From an uncultured Candidatus Saccharibacteria bacterium (lineage in GTDB: Bacteria > Patescibacteriota > Minisyncoccia > Phycocordibacterales > UBA918): a stretch of DNA of 64,000 nt. Below the pieces are notes generated by a model, which searched no databases, was not told the origin of the DNA, and worked only from the letters and a program-made list of their open reading frames with translations. Positions 19,654-28,554 of the stretch are shown one piece after another; within the stretch, counting starts at the first letter, position 1; each line of letters starts with the position of its first letter. The stretch lies in the NCBI GenBank assembly GCA_964608605.1, contig CAZSOS010000002.1, forward strand, positions 36,601 through 100,600, given 5' to 3'. Position numbers and translations under genes: made by a program.

Positions 19654-20820
19654 ATGTTTCTTATAAACTCTATGGATAAACCTTCGATAAAGCATAAAAA
19701 AGTACTTTACTTAATTACGAAGAGTAATTGGGGCGGGGCTCAAAGATACGTCTATGACTTAGCGACCGGACTGCCTAAAGACGAGTTTGAGGCCGTGGTG
19801 GCGCTTGGAGGCGACGGGCCTTTGGCAACCAAACTACAAGAGGCCGGGATCCGCGTCATCTTCATCCCTTCCCTACAGCGCGATATCTCGCTGGCTAAAG
19901 AAGCCCGCTCGTTCTTCGAGCTCTGGCGCATCATCCGCGCCGAAAAGCCGGAGGTGCTACATATCAACAGTTCTAAAGCTGGGGCTTTGGGGACTTTGAT
20001 CGGCCGTCTGGCTCGCGTGCCTCAGATCGTCTTCACGGCCCACGGCTGGGCCTTTAACGAAGACCGTCCAAAGTTACAGAAGCTTATACTAAAGAAGATC
20101 CACTGGATGACCGTGTTACTCTCGCACACCACCATCGCCGTCTCACGCGAAGTGAAGCGGCAGATGAATTGGCCGTTCGCGGAGCGCAAGATGGAAGTGA
20201 TTCATAATGGCCGGGCGATAGATCATCTAAAGAGCCGCGAAGCGGCTCGGACGGAGTTAATCACTCATGAGCCTGGATTGCGCCCATACCAAAACGACTT
20301 CTGGTCCCTGACCATCGCCGAGCTGCATCCAGTAAAGCGCCATCAAGCTACTATCGGCGTCATTAAAAAAATAGTTGACGAAGGTGAGGTGATCCGTCAC
20401 CTAATTATCGGCGGCGGCGAGGAGGAACAAAAACTAAGATCTTTAGTATCTAAACTCGATCTGGAAGATAATGTCTTTCTACTTGGGGCCATACCCGAAG
20501 CCGCGGACTTTCTAGCCGCAGCTGACACCTTTATTCTGCCGTCTCTCTCTGAAGCGATGCCGTACGCCATCATCGAAGCCCTGATCGCCGAAGTACCGAC
20601 CATCGCCACCGCTGTCGGCGGCATTCCCGAAGTGATCGAGAACGGTATCAGCGGCCTCCTCGCTCCCCCACTTGATGACGAGGCTTTGCATGCCGCCCTG
20701 AAACGATTAATGAATGATATCGATCTGCGCGCTCGCCTCCAGGCCGGAGCCCGCGAGCGCCAAAGAGATTTCACCCCGGAAAAGATGCTAGAGAAAACCC
20801 TTGATCTCTATCGCGCCTGA
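19654..20820 (+). CDS. glycosyltransferase family 4
   Basis: LITKSNWGGAQRYVYDL and the C-terminal EAMPYAIIEALIAEVPTIATAVGGIPEVI (GT4 E-x7-E region). The start could instead be 19672. Confidence 0.75.
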   Translation: MFLINSMDKPSIKHKKVLYLITKSNWGGAQRYVYDLATGLPKDEFEAVVALGGDGPLATKLQEAGIRVIFIPSLQRDISLAKEARSFFELWRIIRAEKPEVLHINSSKAGALGTLIGRLARVPQIVFTAHGWAFNEDRPKLQKLILKKIHWMTVLLSHTTIAVSREVKRQMNWPFAERKMEVIHNGRAIDHLKSREAARTELITHEPGLRPYQNDFWSLTIAELHPVKRHQATIGVIKKIVDEGEVIRHLIIGGGEEEQKLRSLVSKLDLEDNVFLLGAIPEAADFLAAADTFILPSLSEAMPYAIIEALIAEVPTIATAVGGIPEVIENGISGLLAPPLDDEALHAALKRLMNDIDLRARLQAGARERQRDFTPEKMLEKTLDLYRA

Positions 20821-20886
20821 TATCACAAAGAAGCTAGCCGAGTAACGCTTATGATATCGTCAATGATATCATAAGCGTTACTTCTT

Positions 20887-22020
20887 CTATCCGCCCAAGA
20901 TAATGTCGCCAGTCTGATAGCGGGCCATGGTATAGCGACTCATGGCCATGACGACGCCGAGCGCCATGAACTCCACCAGCAAGTGCGTGCCCCCATAGCT
21001 CATGAAAGGAATAGTGAGGCCGGTGACCGGCATCAGGCCGATGTTCATGCCCACATGGACGGTGAAGTGCGCCACGATGAACAAGGCCACGCCCGCCGTG
21101 AACAGGCGTTCGAAATTGGTGGCGCCATGGAGAGAGAGCCGAATCAGTCGCCAGACCACGACCCCGAAGAGCGCGAAGAGGACCGCCGCGCCCACCAGTC
21201 CCCACTCCTCGGCGAAAGCGGCGAAGATGAAGTCGGTCTCGTGTTCCGGCAAGAACTCCATCTTGGACTGCGTGCCGTAACCGACTCCCTTCCCCCACAC
21301 CTGGCCGGAACCGACCGCGATGATGGATTGATAGACGTTGTAGCCCGCGCCTTGAATGTCGGCTAGGGGATCGATAAAAGTAGTGATGCGATCCTTCTGA
21401 TAAGGCAGCAGGACAAAACTCCACATGATGGTGAAGACGATCGCGCCGACGCTAAACACGAACAGCAAGTGCCGCAGGCGAATACCGGCAATAAGGACCA
21501 TCCCGAACCAGATGGCGAAGATGATCAGGGCCGATCCGAAGTCCGGCTGAACGAAGACCAGTCCGAAGACCAGAAAGGTATAAAGGCCGGAGATGAGGAT
21601 GTGCTTGAAATCGCCGATCATCTCATGTCGCTTGGAGAAATACTTGGCCAGAACGGCGACCAATATCAGCTTGGCGAATTCCGCCGGCTGGAAGGAGAAG
21701 AAACCCAGGTCGAAGCGGCTCTGAGCGCCAAGCGTCACCTCGCCGATCAGCAAAACCAAGCCCAACAGGAAGACCGTTACCAGATAGACGATGAAAGTGG
21801 TGTGACCGCTTCTAAGGAAACGATAGTCGGGCACCATGGCCGCCACCATCACCACGGCGGCGACGCCGATCCACACGATCTGGCGGTCGAAAAAGCCGCT
21901 GTCTCCATGGAAGGTGTACATCGTCGAAAGCCCGAGGAGCGATAGCGTCAACGCCGCCCCGAAAAGCCAAGGATCGAAACCGGAGAAGATGTTGCGGAGA
22001 AAAGACATGGGATCGAACAC
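20887..22020 (-). CDS. ftsW: SEDS-family peptidoglycan glycosyltransferase FtsW/RodA
   Basis: Ten-TM SEDS pattern with conserved motifs such as TDFIFA and GYG. Confidence 0.8.
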   Translation of the reverse strand: MFDPMSFLRNIFSGFDPWLFGAALTLSLLGLSTMYTFHGDSGFFDRQIVWIGVAAVVMVAAMVPDYRFLRSGHTTFIVYLVTVFLLGLVLLIGEVTLGAQSRFDLGFFSFQPAEFAKLILVAVLAKYFSKRHEMIGDFKHILISGLYTFLVFGLVFVQPDFGSALIIFAIWFGMVLIAGIRLRHLLFVFSVGAIVFTIMWSFVLLPYQKDRITTFIDPLADIQGAGYNVYQSIIAVGSGQVWGKGVGYGTQSKMEFLPEHETDFIFAAFAEEWGLVGAAVLFALFGVVVWRLIRLSLHGATNFERLFTAGVALFIVAHFTVHVGMNIGLMPVTGLTIPFMSYGGTHLLVEFMALGVVMAMSRYTMARYQTGDIILGG

Positions 22021-22067
22021 TGTTGATAACCTCTCTATCCTTTGAGTCGGAATACTATACTGAAATC

Positions 22068-22322
22068 ATGGACAATGACCTGCGGCTAGACGACCAGACA
22101 TACGCGCGCTCGACCAGATCCATTCCGAAGAAAGTTTCTGACACTACCCTCACAGGGTACCTAATTTCTTGGGGGGTTGCAAAAGATGCCGGCCAGGCCC
22201 GCTGGATCCTGATCGCAATTCTAGTGATGTTATTGGCCGTATTTTCGATCTCCATCAAGTCGACGCTGCCGACCGCCGATGATGGACCCGGGCCTTTGCC
22301 CAATACTTATGAAAGGATCTAA
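22068..22322 (+). CDS. small single-TM hypothetical protein upstream of the pilin gene
   Basis: ORF with a central TM segment WILIAILVMLLAVFSI. The start is uncertain. Confidence 0.3.
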   Translation: MDNDLRLDDQTYARSTRSIPKKVSDTTLTGYLISWGVAKDAGQARWILIAILVMLLAVFSISIKSTLPTADDGPGPLPNTYERI

Positions 22323-22815
22323 AGGCTTCACCTTGATCGAACTCCTGGTGGTCATCGCTATCATCGGCACGCTCGCCAGCGTGGTCCTGGCCAGTCTCAA
22401 CAACGCGAGGATGAAGGCCAACGACGCCAAAAGATTGGCCGAGATGAGGCAGGTCATGGTGGCACTGGAATCTTATTATTATGACCGAGGCTCTTACCCG
22501 GCTTCGGATGTGGATGGCTGCGGTGGCTGGGACGTCGGCAACGCCGATCGCCGCTTCATATCAGGAGGATTGGGCGCGGCCATGCCGGACCCGCCCGAGG
22601 ACACGGCTTTTTCGGGAGATTGTTCCGGATATTTTTACTACCGATACTTAGCCGGGAGTTCGGGATGCGACATCAACCGCGGCGCTTTTTACGTACTGGG
22701 AATAAGAGACCTGGAGTCCTCGGGCAGACCTCACTCCGGCAGTCCAGGCTGGGCCTGTCCGGAGCGGAATTGGCAAGCGGAGTTTGACTGGGTGGTCGGA
22801 AAATTCGAGAAATGA
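22309..22815 (+). CDS. type IV pilin / pseudopilin (prepilin with G|FTLIELLVV signal)
   Basis: MKGSKGFTLIELLVVIAIIGTLASV is a class III signal peptide with the prepilin peptidase site. Confidence 0.8.
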   Translation: MKGSKGFTLIELLVVIAIIGTLASVVLASLNNARMKANDAKRLAEMRQVMVALESYYYDRGSYPASDVDGCGGWDVGNADRRFISGGLGAAMPDPPEDTAFSGDCSGYFYYRYLAGSSGCDINRGAFYVLGIRDLESSGRPHSGSPGWACPERNWQAEFDWVVGKFEK

Positions 22816-22839
22816 CCTGACCGAGATCGGCGGCGGCGA

Positions 22840-24255
22840 TCACCGCAAAGGCACGAAGCCCGAAGTCGACTTAGGGACTATATCGATGACGGCCGGGCCC
22901 TGCTCGCAGATGGCGGAAGTGATGGTCTGGTAGATGCGATCGACGTCCCCGGCGGAGATAGCCTGAAAACCCTGAGCGGGAGCGGAAGCGACGGCGGACA
23001 CGAATTCCATCTTGACGCTATCACCCAGGCCGATGGCGTAGATATTGGTGCCGGAATCCTTGGCGGCGAGCGCCTCCTCGAGAGCGAAGGTTTCGGCCTC
23101 CTCGGTAGTACCGGGAGCGGTCGCCAGACCATCGGTCAAGACCACCATCACCTTGCGGGCGTTTTCGTTGTGGCGCGCTGATTGGAGCTCGGCGGCGGCG
23201 GCCTTGATGCCCTCACCGGTATTGGTGTAGCTTGAGGCCGGACTAGGAGGAATGACGATGCCGGAGACCGCTGTAGCGGCCGCCGCCGCGTCACCGGATA
23301 GCTCTCGCGCCAAGGAAGCGGCGGTGGCGAACGTAACCACGCCCGCCTTGTCATTGGCACCCAGGCGATTAATAAATCTAGCCGCGGCTTCTTTGACGGC
23401 TGTCAAAGGCTGAGGCGGGTCGACAGCATCGTCATCCATGCTGCCGGAGACGTCGATCACTACCACCACGTCGGTCGGTACTTCGCAGCTTCGCAGGGTC
23501 GGCGCGATCGGCTCGGGCCAAGTGAAGAAAAGACTGCTGTCGCTCCGGGGAGCGAAGTTATCGACGAAAGTGCGCGAAGCCGCCAAAGCGGTGCCTTCGG
23601 AATCAAACACCGTCGCCACCACCTCCACCTCCCGCACCTCTTCGAGGTTGTTGTTGCGCAGGGTAGCATCAAGACGCGGCCGGCTATCGGTGCTCTGGAG
23701 CTCGCGGCCGACCACGCTAAATTGCTCGCGGCCGATGGTGGCCGGCTGCCACACTTCGACCGGCTCTATGTCCAGGAAAGTGCGGGTCGGGGTCCGGCGG
23801 CCAGTATCGATGCGTCCCTCGAATATGGGGTAAAGGCCATCAGGAGGCAATATAGTGGTGCCTGAGACCTCTTTGATGATCCCCGCCTCATCCAGTAACG
23901 TGAACTTATACTTGACGGACGGAGACGCCGCCTCGCGGTTGGTGTTCTCTACGTAGGCCACGGCGTTATAGAGGCCGTCGGTGATCTTGAAAGCGCGAGA
24001 CCATTTCACCGTCGGCTGCTGCACGCTGTAGGCGCAGATGCGCACGCAGTCGCCGCCGCAGTCCATACCGGCCTCGCCGCCGTTTTGTTTACCGTCAAAA
24101 CAGTTTGGTGGTTGGTAAAAGTTGGCGTAGTAGATCCACCCGCCGATCAAGAGAAAGAACACGGCGAAGCCGGTGAAGTATTGCGCTCGCCGCCAAAAGG
24201 CCCAGGCTGCTGTGGTTCGCATGTGGGAAATTGTATCATGACCGATATATACCAA
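22840..24255 (-). CDS. von Willebrand factor A (VWA) domain membrane-anchored protein
   Basis: N-terminal TM segment. The VWA motif reads VVVIDVSGSMDDD...VVTFA...VMVVLTDG (a MIDAS-like DxSxS). Confidence 0.7.
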   Translation of the reverse strand: MVYIGHDTISHMRTTAAWAFWRRAQYFTGFAVFFLLIGGWIYYANFYQPPNCFDGKQNGGEAGMDCGGDCVRICAYSVQQPTVKWSRAFKITDGLYNAVAYVENTNREAASPSVKYKFTLLDEAGIIKEVSGTTILPPDGLYPIFEGRIDTGRRTPTRTFLDIEPVEVWQPATIGREQFSVVGRELQSTDSRPRLDATLRNNNLEEVREVEVVATVFDSEGTALAASRTFVDNFAPRSDSSLFFTWPEPIAPTLRSCEVPTDVVVVIDVSGSMDDDAVDPPQPLTAVKEAAARFINRLGANDKAGVVTFATAASLARELSGDAAAAATAVSGIVIPPSPASSYTNTGEGIKAAAAELQSARHNENARKVMVVLTDGLATAPGTTEEAETFALEEALAAKDSGTNIYAIGLGDSVKMEFVSAVASAPAQGFQAISAGDVDRIYQTITSAICEQGPAVIDIVPKSTSGFVPLR

Positions 24256-24261
24256 AGCCCC

Positions 24262-24297
24262 GTGACCGAAAGGTCACGGGGCTTTGGTTGCCTGGAG
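24262..24297. terminator. hairpin terminator downstream of the 5S rRNA (CCAAAGCCCCGTGACC-GAAA-GGTCACGGGGCTTTGG)
   Basis: 16-bp stem with a GAAA loop. Confidence 0.6.
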
Positions 24298-24309
24298 AGT
24301 ATTAAAATC

Positions 24310-24430
24310 TTGAAGTTGGCGCCTACCTACTCTGCCCCAATTAAGGAGTACCATCGGCGATGGAGGGCTTAACTGCCGTGTTCGGAATGAGAACGGGTGT
24401 ACCCCCTCCGCTAAAGCACCAACTTCAAAA
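24310..24430 (-). rRNA. rrf: 5S ribosomal RNA
   Basis: The reverse complement contains CCGTTCTCATTCCGAACACGGCAGTTAAGC...GCCGATGGTACT...GGGCAGAGTAGGTAGGCGCC, with helix I pairing TTGAAGTTGGTGC/GCGCCAACTTCAA. Confidence 0.8.
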
Positions 24431-24504
24431 CTTCAATATTCGATTTTCAATCTGTACTTGACCAACTTGGATATTCTGAAGCGTAGCCATTTCCAAGAAA
24501 TGGC

Positions 24505-24580
24505 TGGCTGGGGCGGAAGGAGTCGAACCAACACCTGAGGGATAGTACCCTCCGTTCTAACCGTTAAACTAAGCCCCAGC
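24505..24580 (-). tRNA. tRNA-like gene with a non-canonical anticodon loop (apparently 6 nt) and U-U pairs in the T-stem; possible pseudo-tRNA
   Basis: Hand fold gives a good acceptor stem, a D-arm and the T-loop TTCGACT, but the anticodon stem GAGGG/CCCTC encloses only 6 nt (TACTAT). The isotype cannot be assigned by hand. Confidence 0.35.
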
Positions 24581-24602
24581 AAAAGAACTTGAAACAAATT
24601 AT

Positions 24603-24680
24603 TGGTCGGAGCAACGGGATTTGAACCCGTGACCCCTGGCTACCCGAGCCTAGTGCGCTACCAGGCTGCGCTACACTCCG
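24603..24680 (-). tRNA. tRNA-Pro-like (D-arm identical to tRNA-Pro, loop CTCGGGT reading CGG), anticodon stem irregular
   Basis: Acceptor CGGAGTG/TGCTCCG plus A and CCA, D-arm GCGC-AGCCTGGTA-GCGC, T-arm ACGGG-TTCAAAT-CCCGT. The anticodon region CTAGG-CTCGGGT-AGCCA does not pair canonically. Confidence 0.5.
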
Positions 24681-24996
24681 ACCTAGAGTAGGTGATATTT
24701 TTATCTTCCTACTCAAAACCAGTTCCCCGCTGGTTTATTGTTCGCAGTCTAATTAAGACCGCTTCAGAATATCCAAGCTTGTCCCGTACCAAGACGAATG
24801 TCTTTGGTACGGGATATTTCGCACATCTTCTTACCAGGTTCACACTTCACCCAAAATCGTACAGCGATATCCAGCATTCCTTGCAGGAAATACGTCCGAT
24901 TAGTACTTCTCGGCTCAACGTATTACTACGCTTACACCTAAAGCCTATCAACCTAATCATCTCTTAGGGGACTTCATGATACCTAATCTCAGAGTT

Positions 24997-25029
<33 letters not shown>

Positions 25030-25171
25030 ATTCCCGACATAGCTACTGGGCAGTGCCGCTGGCGCGACAGCCCACAGACCAGAGGTCAGTTCATCCCGGT
25101 CCTCTCGTACTAGGGACAAATCTCTTCAAGTATCGACGCCTGCAGTAGATAGGAGACCAACCTGTCTCACG

Positions 25172-25530
25172 CAATAGTAGCTGATTAGCTTTTAGCACTT
25201 AGCTATTAGCCATTCAACGCCATCATTACTGACGGGATCGGACTGTAACTTAGCCGGTTCTCGGCTTCCGATATTCAGTCTCTACAAGTGCACGAGTAAA
25301 CTTTTTTGCCAGTTTTACTCTGCTTCTCTCGGTATTGCCCGCAACATTACTTGTTAGGGTTTTACCGATTTTAATCGGATCATATCACTGATATTCCTAT
25401 CAGTGACCGCCGTGTAGGTTGGTTCTTTTCTTTGTTCATAAACGAAAAGTAAAAACAATTCTTCGAAGGGGTTTAGACTGCTGAATTTCCCTTAGCCAAG
25501 AGCTAAGTGCTAATAACTAAGAGCTATTCA
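25172..25530 (-). mobile_element. 359-nt ORF-less insertion in 23S between GGGTTTAGACCGT and CGTGAGACAGG (E. coli ~2593, the I-CreI/I-CeuI homing site); group I intron candidate with TTAGC-repeat inverted ends
   Basis: Exon sequence is continuous across the insertion. The insertion ends are TTAGC-rich inverted repeats at 25178-25210 and 25497-25527. Confidence 0.55.
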
Positions 25531-26187
25531 ACGGTCTAAACCCAGCTCGCGTATCTTTTTAATTGGCGAACAGCCAAACCCTTGGGACCTGCTCCAGCCC
25601 CAGGATAAGATGAGCCGACATCGAGGTGCCGAACCGTGCCGTCGCTTTGGACGCTTGGGCACGACTAGCCTGTTATCCCCAGGGTAACTTTTATCGGGTA
25701 ATCTCCGGCGGCATCTAACGCCAACCATCGGTTCACTATGCTCCGCTTTCGCGTCTGTTCGGCATCTACGCCTTACAGTCAAGCCAACTTTTGCCATTGC
25801 ACTATCGGCACGGTTTCCATTCGCGCCTAGTTGACCTTGAGACCCCTCCGTTACATTTTGGGAGGGTAGCGCCCCACTAAAACTGCCTGCCACTCACTGT
25901 CCCCGCCGCGTTTGACGCGACGGGTTAGAAACTGCCCAATTTAAGATAGGTATTTCACTGACGACTCCACGGTACCCGAAAGCCCGCTTCAAAGTCTCCC
26001 TACTATGCTACGCATAAATCAAACAGCCCCAATAAGAAGCTACAGTAAAGCTCCTGGGGTCTCTTCGTCTAACTGCAGGTAGGCTGCATCTTCACAGCCA
26101 TTGTATTTTCACCGAGCAGGTCCTTGAGACAGTTTCCCAGTCGTTACGCCATTCGTGCACGTCGGAACTTACCCGACAAGGAATTGC

Positions 26188-26420
26188 GCTCTATAATTCC
26201 TTCTTTAATGTAGATACCCGCGTATCTACGTACACAATAGGACTCTATCTTCACCCTCTTATATACTAGTCAGACTAGTATAAAGGTGGGGTGTGCAACA
26301 TTTGGTCTCTTGTTGGTTGCAATTGGAAATACTAATGATTACTCACTAGTAAGGTAACTATGGCTCGGGCTGTTTAACTCTACAATCGTTCTAATCCGTA
26401 GAGCACACTTCCGAAGAAAC
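26188..26420 (-). mobile_element. ~233-nt ORF-less insertion in 23S between GGTAGAGCGC and (G)CAATTCCTTGTCGGG (E. coli ~1917 intron site); carries an internal REP-like palindrome
   Basis: Flanking exon sequence aligns to AACTATAACGGTCCTAAGGTAGCG|AAATTCCTTGTCGGG. Palindrome TATACTAGTCAGACTAGTATA lies at 26262-26282. A 7-nt direct repeat AGAGCGC sits at the junctions. Confidence 0.5.
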
Positions 26421-26647
26421 GCGCTCTACCTTAGAACGATTATAGTTATCGCTGACATTGACGGGGGCTTACACAGTCCAGCACCCAGCACCACTCTCAC
26501 AAACTTTGTTTGTGAAGATGGTGCTGGGCACCGCCCGTGCTTAACCTTCCCGCATTGGTCAGGCGTCACCCTCTATACATGGACTTACGTCTTCGCAGAG
26601 AGCTGTGTTTTTGTTAAACAGTCGCCAGGAAATCTTTCGCTGCGGCC

Positions 26648-26836
26648 GAGCGCATCACGCTACGCGCGATGACTAAATTCAAAATTGAAAAGTCAAAATG
26701 CAAAATTACAATGCAAAGTTCAAAATTTCGCTACGAACTCTATGAGTACGTGACGTAATTTTTACTTTTTATTTGTACTTTTGATTTTTGAGATTTTCCT
26801 TTTCAATTTAGCATCACATGCAATGTGATGCGCTCG
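26648..26836 (-). repeat. AT-rich IVS-like expansion in the 23S helix-63 region (copy A of a duplicated AT-rich element)
   Basis: Inserted between the complementary arms GAGCGCATCAC and GTGATGCGCTC. Contains a 47-nt segment (26689-26735) identical to 27405-27451. Confidence 0.6.
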
Positions 26837-27374
26837 GCAGGCCTTATCCCGAAGTTACGGCCGCTTTTTTGCCGAGTTCCTTAAGGACCCCTCACTCGTT
26901 CGCCTTGGTCTTCTCGACCCTACCACCTGTGTCGGTTTGCGGTACGGAACCACTATGCTTAACCCAAACGAAGTTTTTCTCGGAAGCGTGCTCCTTACAT
27001 TTCCTTGGCCGTAGCCGCAGATTCAGACTCTACTCGGATGATATCGCGCGGATTTGCCTACGCGACGTCCTCATAGCTCCAGCACCAATCCAATAAGATG
27101 CTGTAAGTACAACGCTCCGTCCCTCCATAGGAACATAGCAGTGTGCAGGAATATTAACCTGCTCTCCATCGCCTCCGGCGTTCGCCATCGGCTTAGGACC
27201 GACTAACCCTTCGCTGATCACCATCGCGAAGGAAACCTCGGTATTTCGGCGGACGGGGTTCTCACCCGTCTTGCGGTTACTTGTGCCGGCATTCTCACTT
27301 CGCATCGCTCCAGGTAGGGTCTCCCCCACCATTCATCGCAGATACGAACGCTCTCCTACCACTCAACGCACCTC

Positions 27375-27525
27375 ACAAAAGTTCGTTGCTAAAATAAAAA
27401 TGTAAAAGTCAAAATGCAAAATTACAATGCAAAGTTCAAAATTTCGCTACGTGCTATCCTGCGCGTTGCGTGATTTTGATTTTTGAGATTTCAATTTTCA
27501 ATTTAGCATCTCACCTCTGTGAGAT
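27375..27525 (-). repeat. AT-rich IVS-like expansion in 23S helix 45 (copy B)
   Basis: Inserted in the helix-45 stem CAGCGCATCTCAC/GTGAGGTGCGTTG, the site of the classical enterobacterial and Coxiella IVS. Shares the 47-nt repeat and the GATTTTTGAGATTT motif with copy A. Confidence 0.6.
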
Positions 27526-27615
27526 GCGCTGAATCCGCAGTTTCGGTAATATGCTTGAGCCCCGATCATCTTCGGCGCAAGGACTCTCGACCAGTGAGCT
27601 GTTACGCTTTCTTTA

Positions 27616-27650
<35 letters not shown>

Positions 27651-28210
27651 TAGAGAATCCTCACCTCCTCCAGATGCACTGAGCATATATTTAGGGACCT
27701 TAACTGGCGATCTGGGCTGTTCCCCTTTTGACCAATGGAGCTTCTCCCCCATAGTCTAACTGCCGAGCTATAATCTCTGGTATTCGGAGTTTGATAGGAA
27801 CAACGAGCTTTCGCCCTGTTTGTTCCTTCCAGTGCTCTACCCCCAGAGGGACCACTCGACGCCAACCCAAAAGCTGTTTCGGAGAGAACCAGCTATTACG
27901 GAAATCGATTAGCTTTTCACTCCTTACCACAAGTCATCCGATGGTTTTGTACGGCCAACCGGTTCGGGCCTCCACGAGGTTTTACCCTCGCTTCACCCTG
28001 CTCATGGCAAGCTCTTCCCGCTTCGGGTCGTACCCCAACTCCATATTCGCGCTATTCACGCTCGCTTTCACTGCGCCTCCGCGGGTTTTCCGCTTAGACA
28101 AGGAATTAAGGTACACTCGCCGGCTCATTCTTCAATAGGCACGCCGCAACCCCGAAAGGCCGCGACTCCTTGTAAGTGTATGGTTTCAGATCTATTTCAC
28201 TCCCCTCTCC

Positions 28211-28256
<46 letters not shown>

Positions 28257-28554
28257 TTAAAAGATATTTAGCCTTACCAGTTAGTGCTGGCAGATTCATC
28301 CGAGCTATTCATGTCTCGAACTACTCAGGAACAAGATCAACGGAGTCATATACATTTCAAATACGGGACTATTACCCACTGGGGTCGAGCTTCCCAACTC
28401 GTTCTTCTATATATATGTTTTGTAACTCCGCGCAACTAAATGCGGACCTTGCCCTACAACCCCGTAAATATTGCTATCAACGGTTTGGGCTATTCCCGTT
28501 TCGCTCGCCGCTACTAAGGGAATCGCGAGAACCTTCTTCCTGGTTTCAATGGCC

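Noticed and set aside
19510-19695. 61-aa ORF, and the 78-aa ORF at 31855..32091, sharing the peptide KYLNESC(E/K)AP..LLT
   Set aside because: The shared peptide is the translation of a conserved noncoding nucleotide module next to REP palindromes. The hairpin covariation between copies is synonymous-blind, which fits an RNA or DNA element rather than a protein.
26689-27451. Possibility that the AT-rich repeated blocks are a CRISPR array
   Set aside because: There are only two long copies plus unrelated AT-rich relatives. There is no regular repeat-spacer periodicity and no cas genes. The copies are embedded in rRNA helices.
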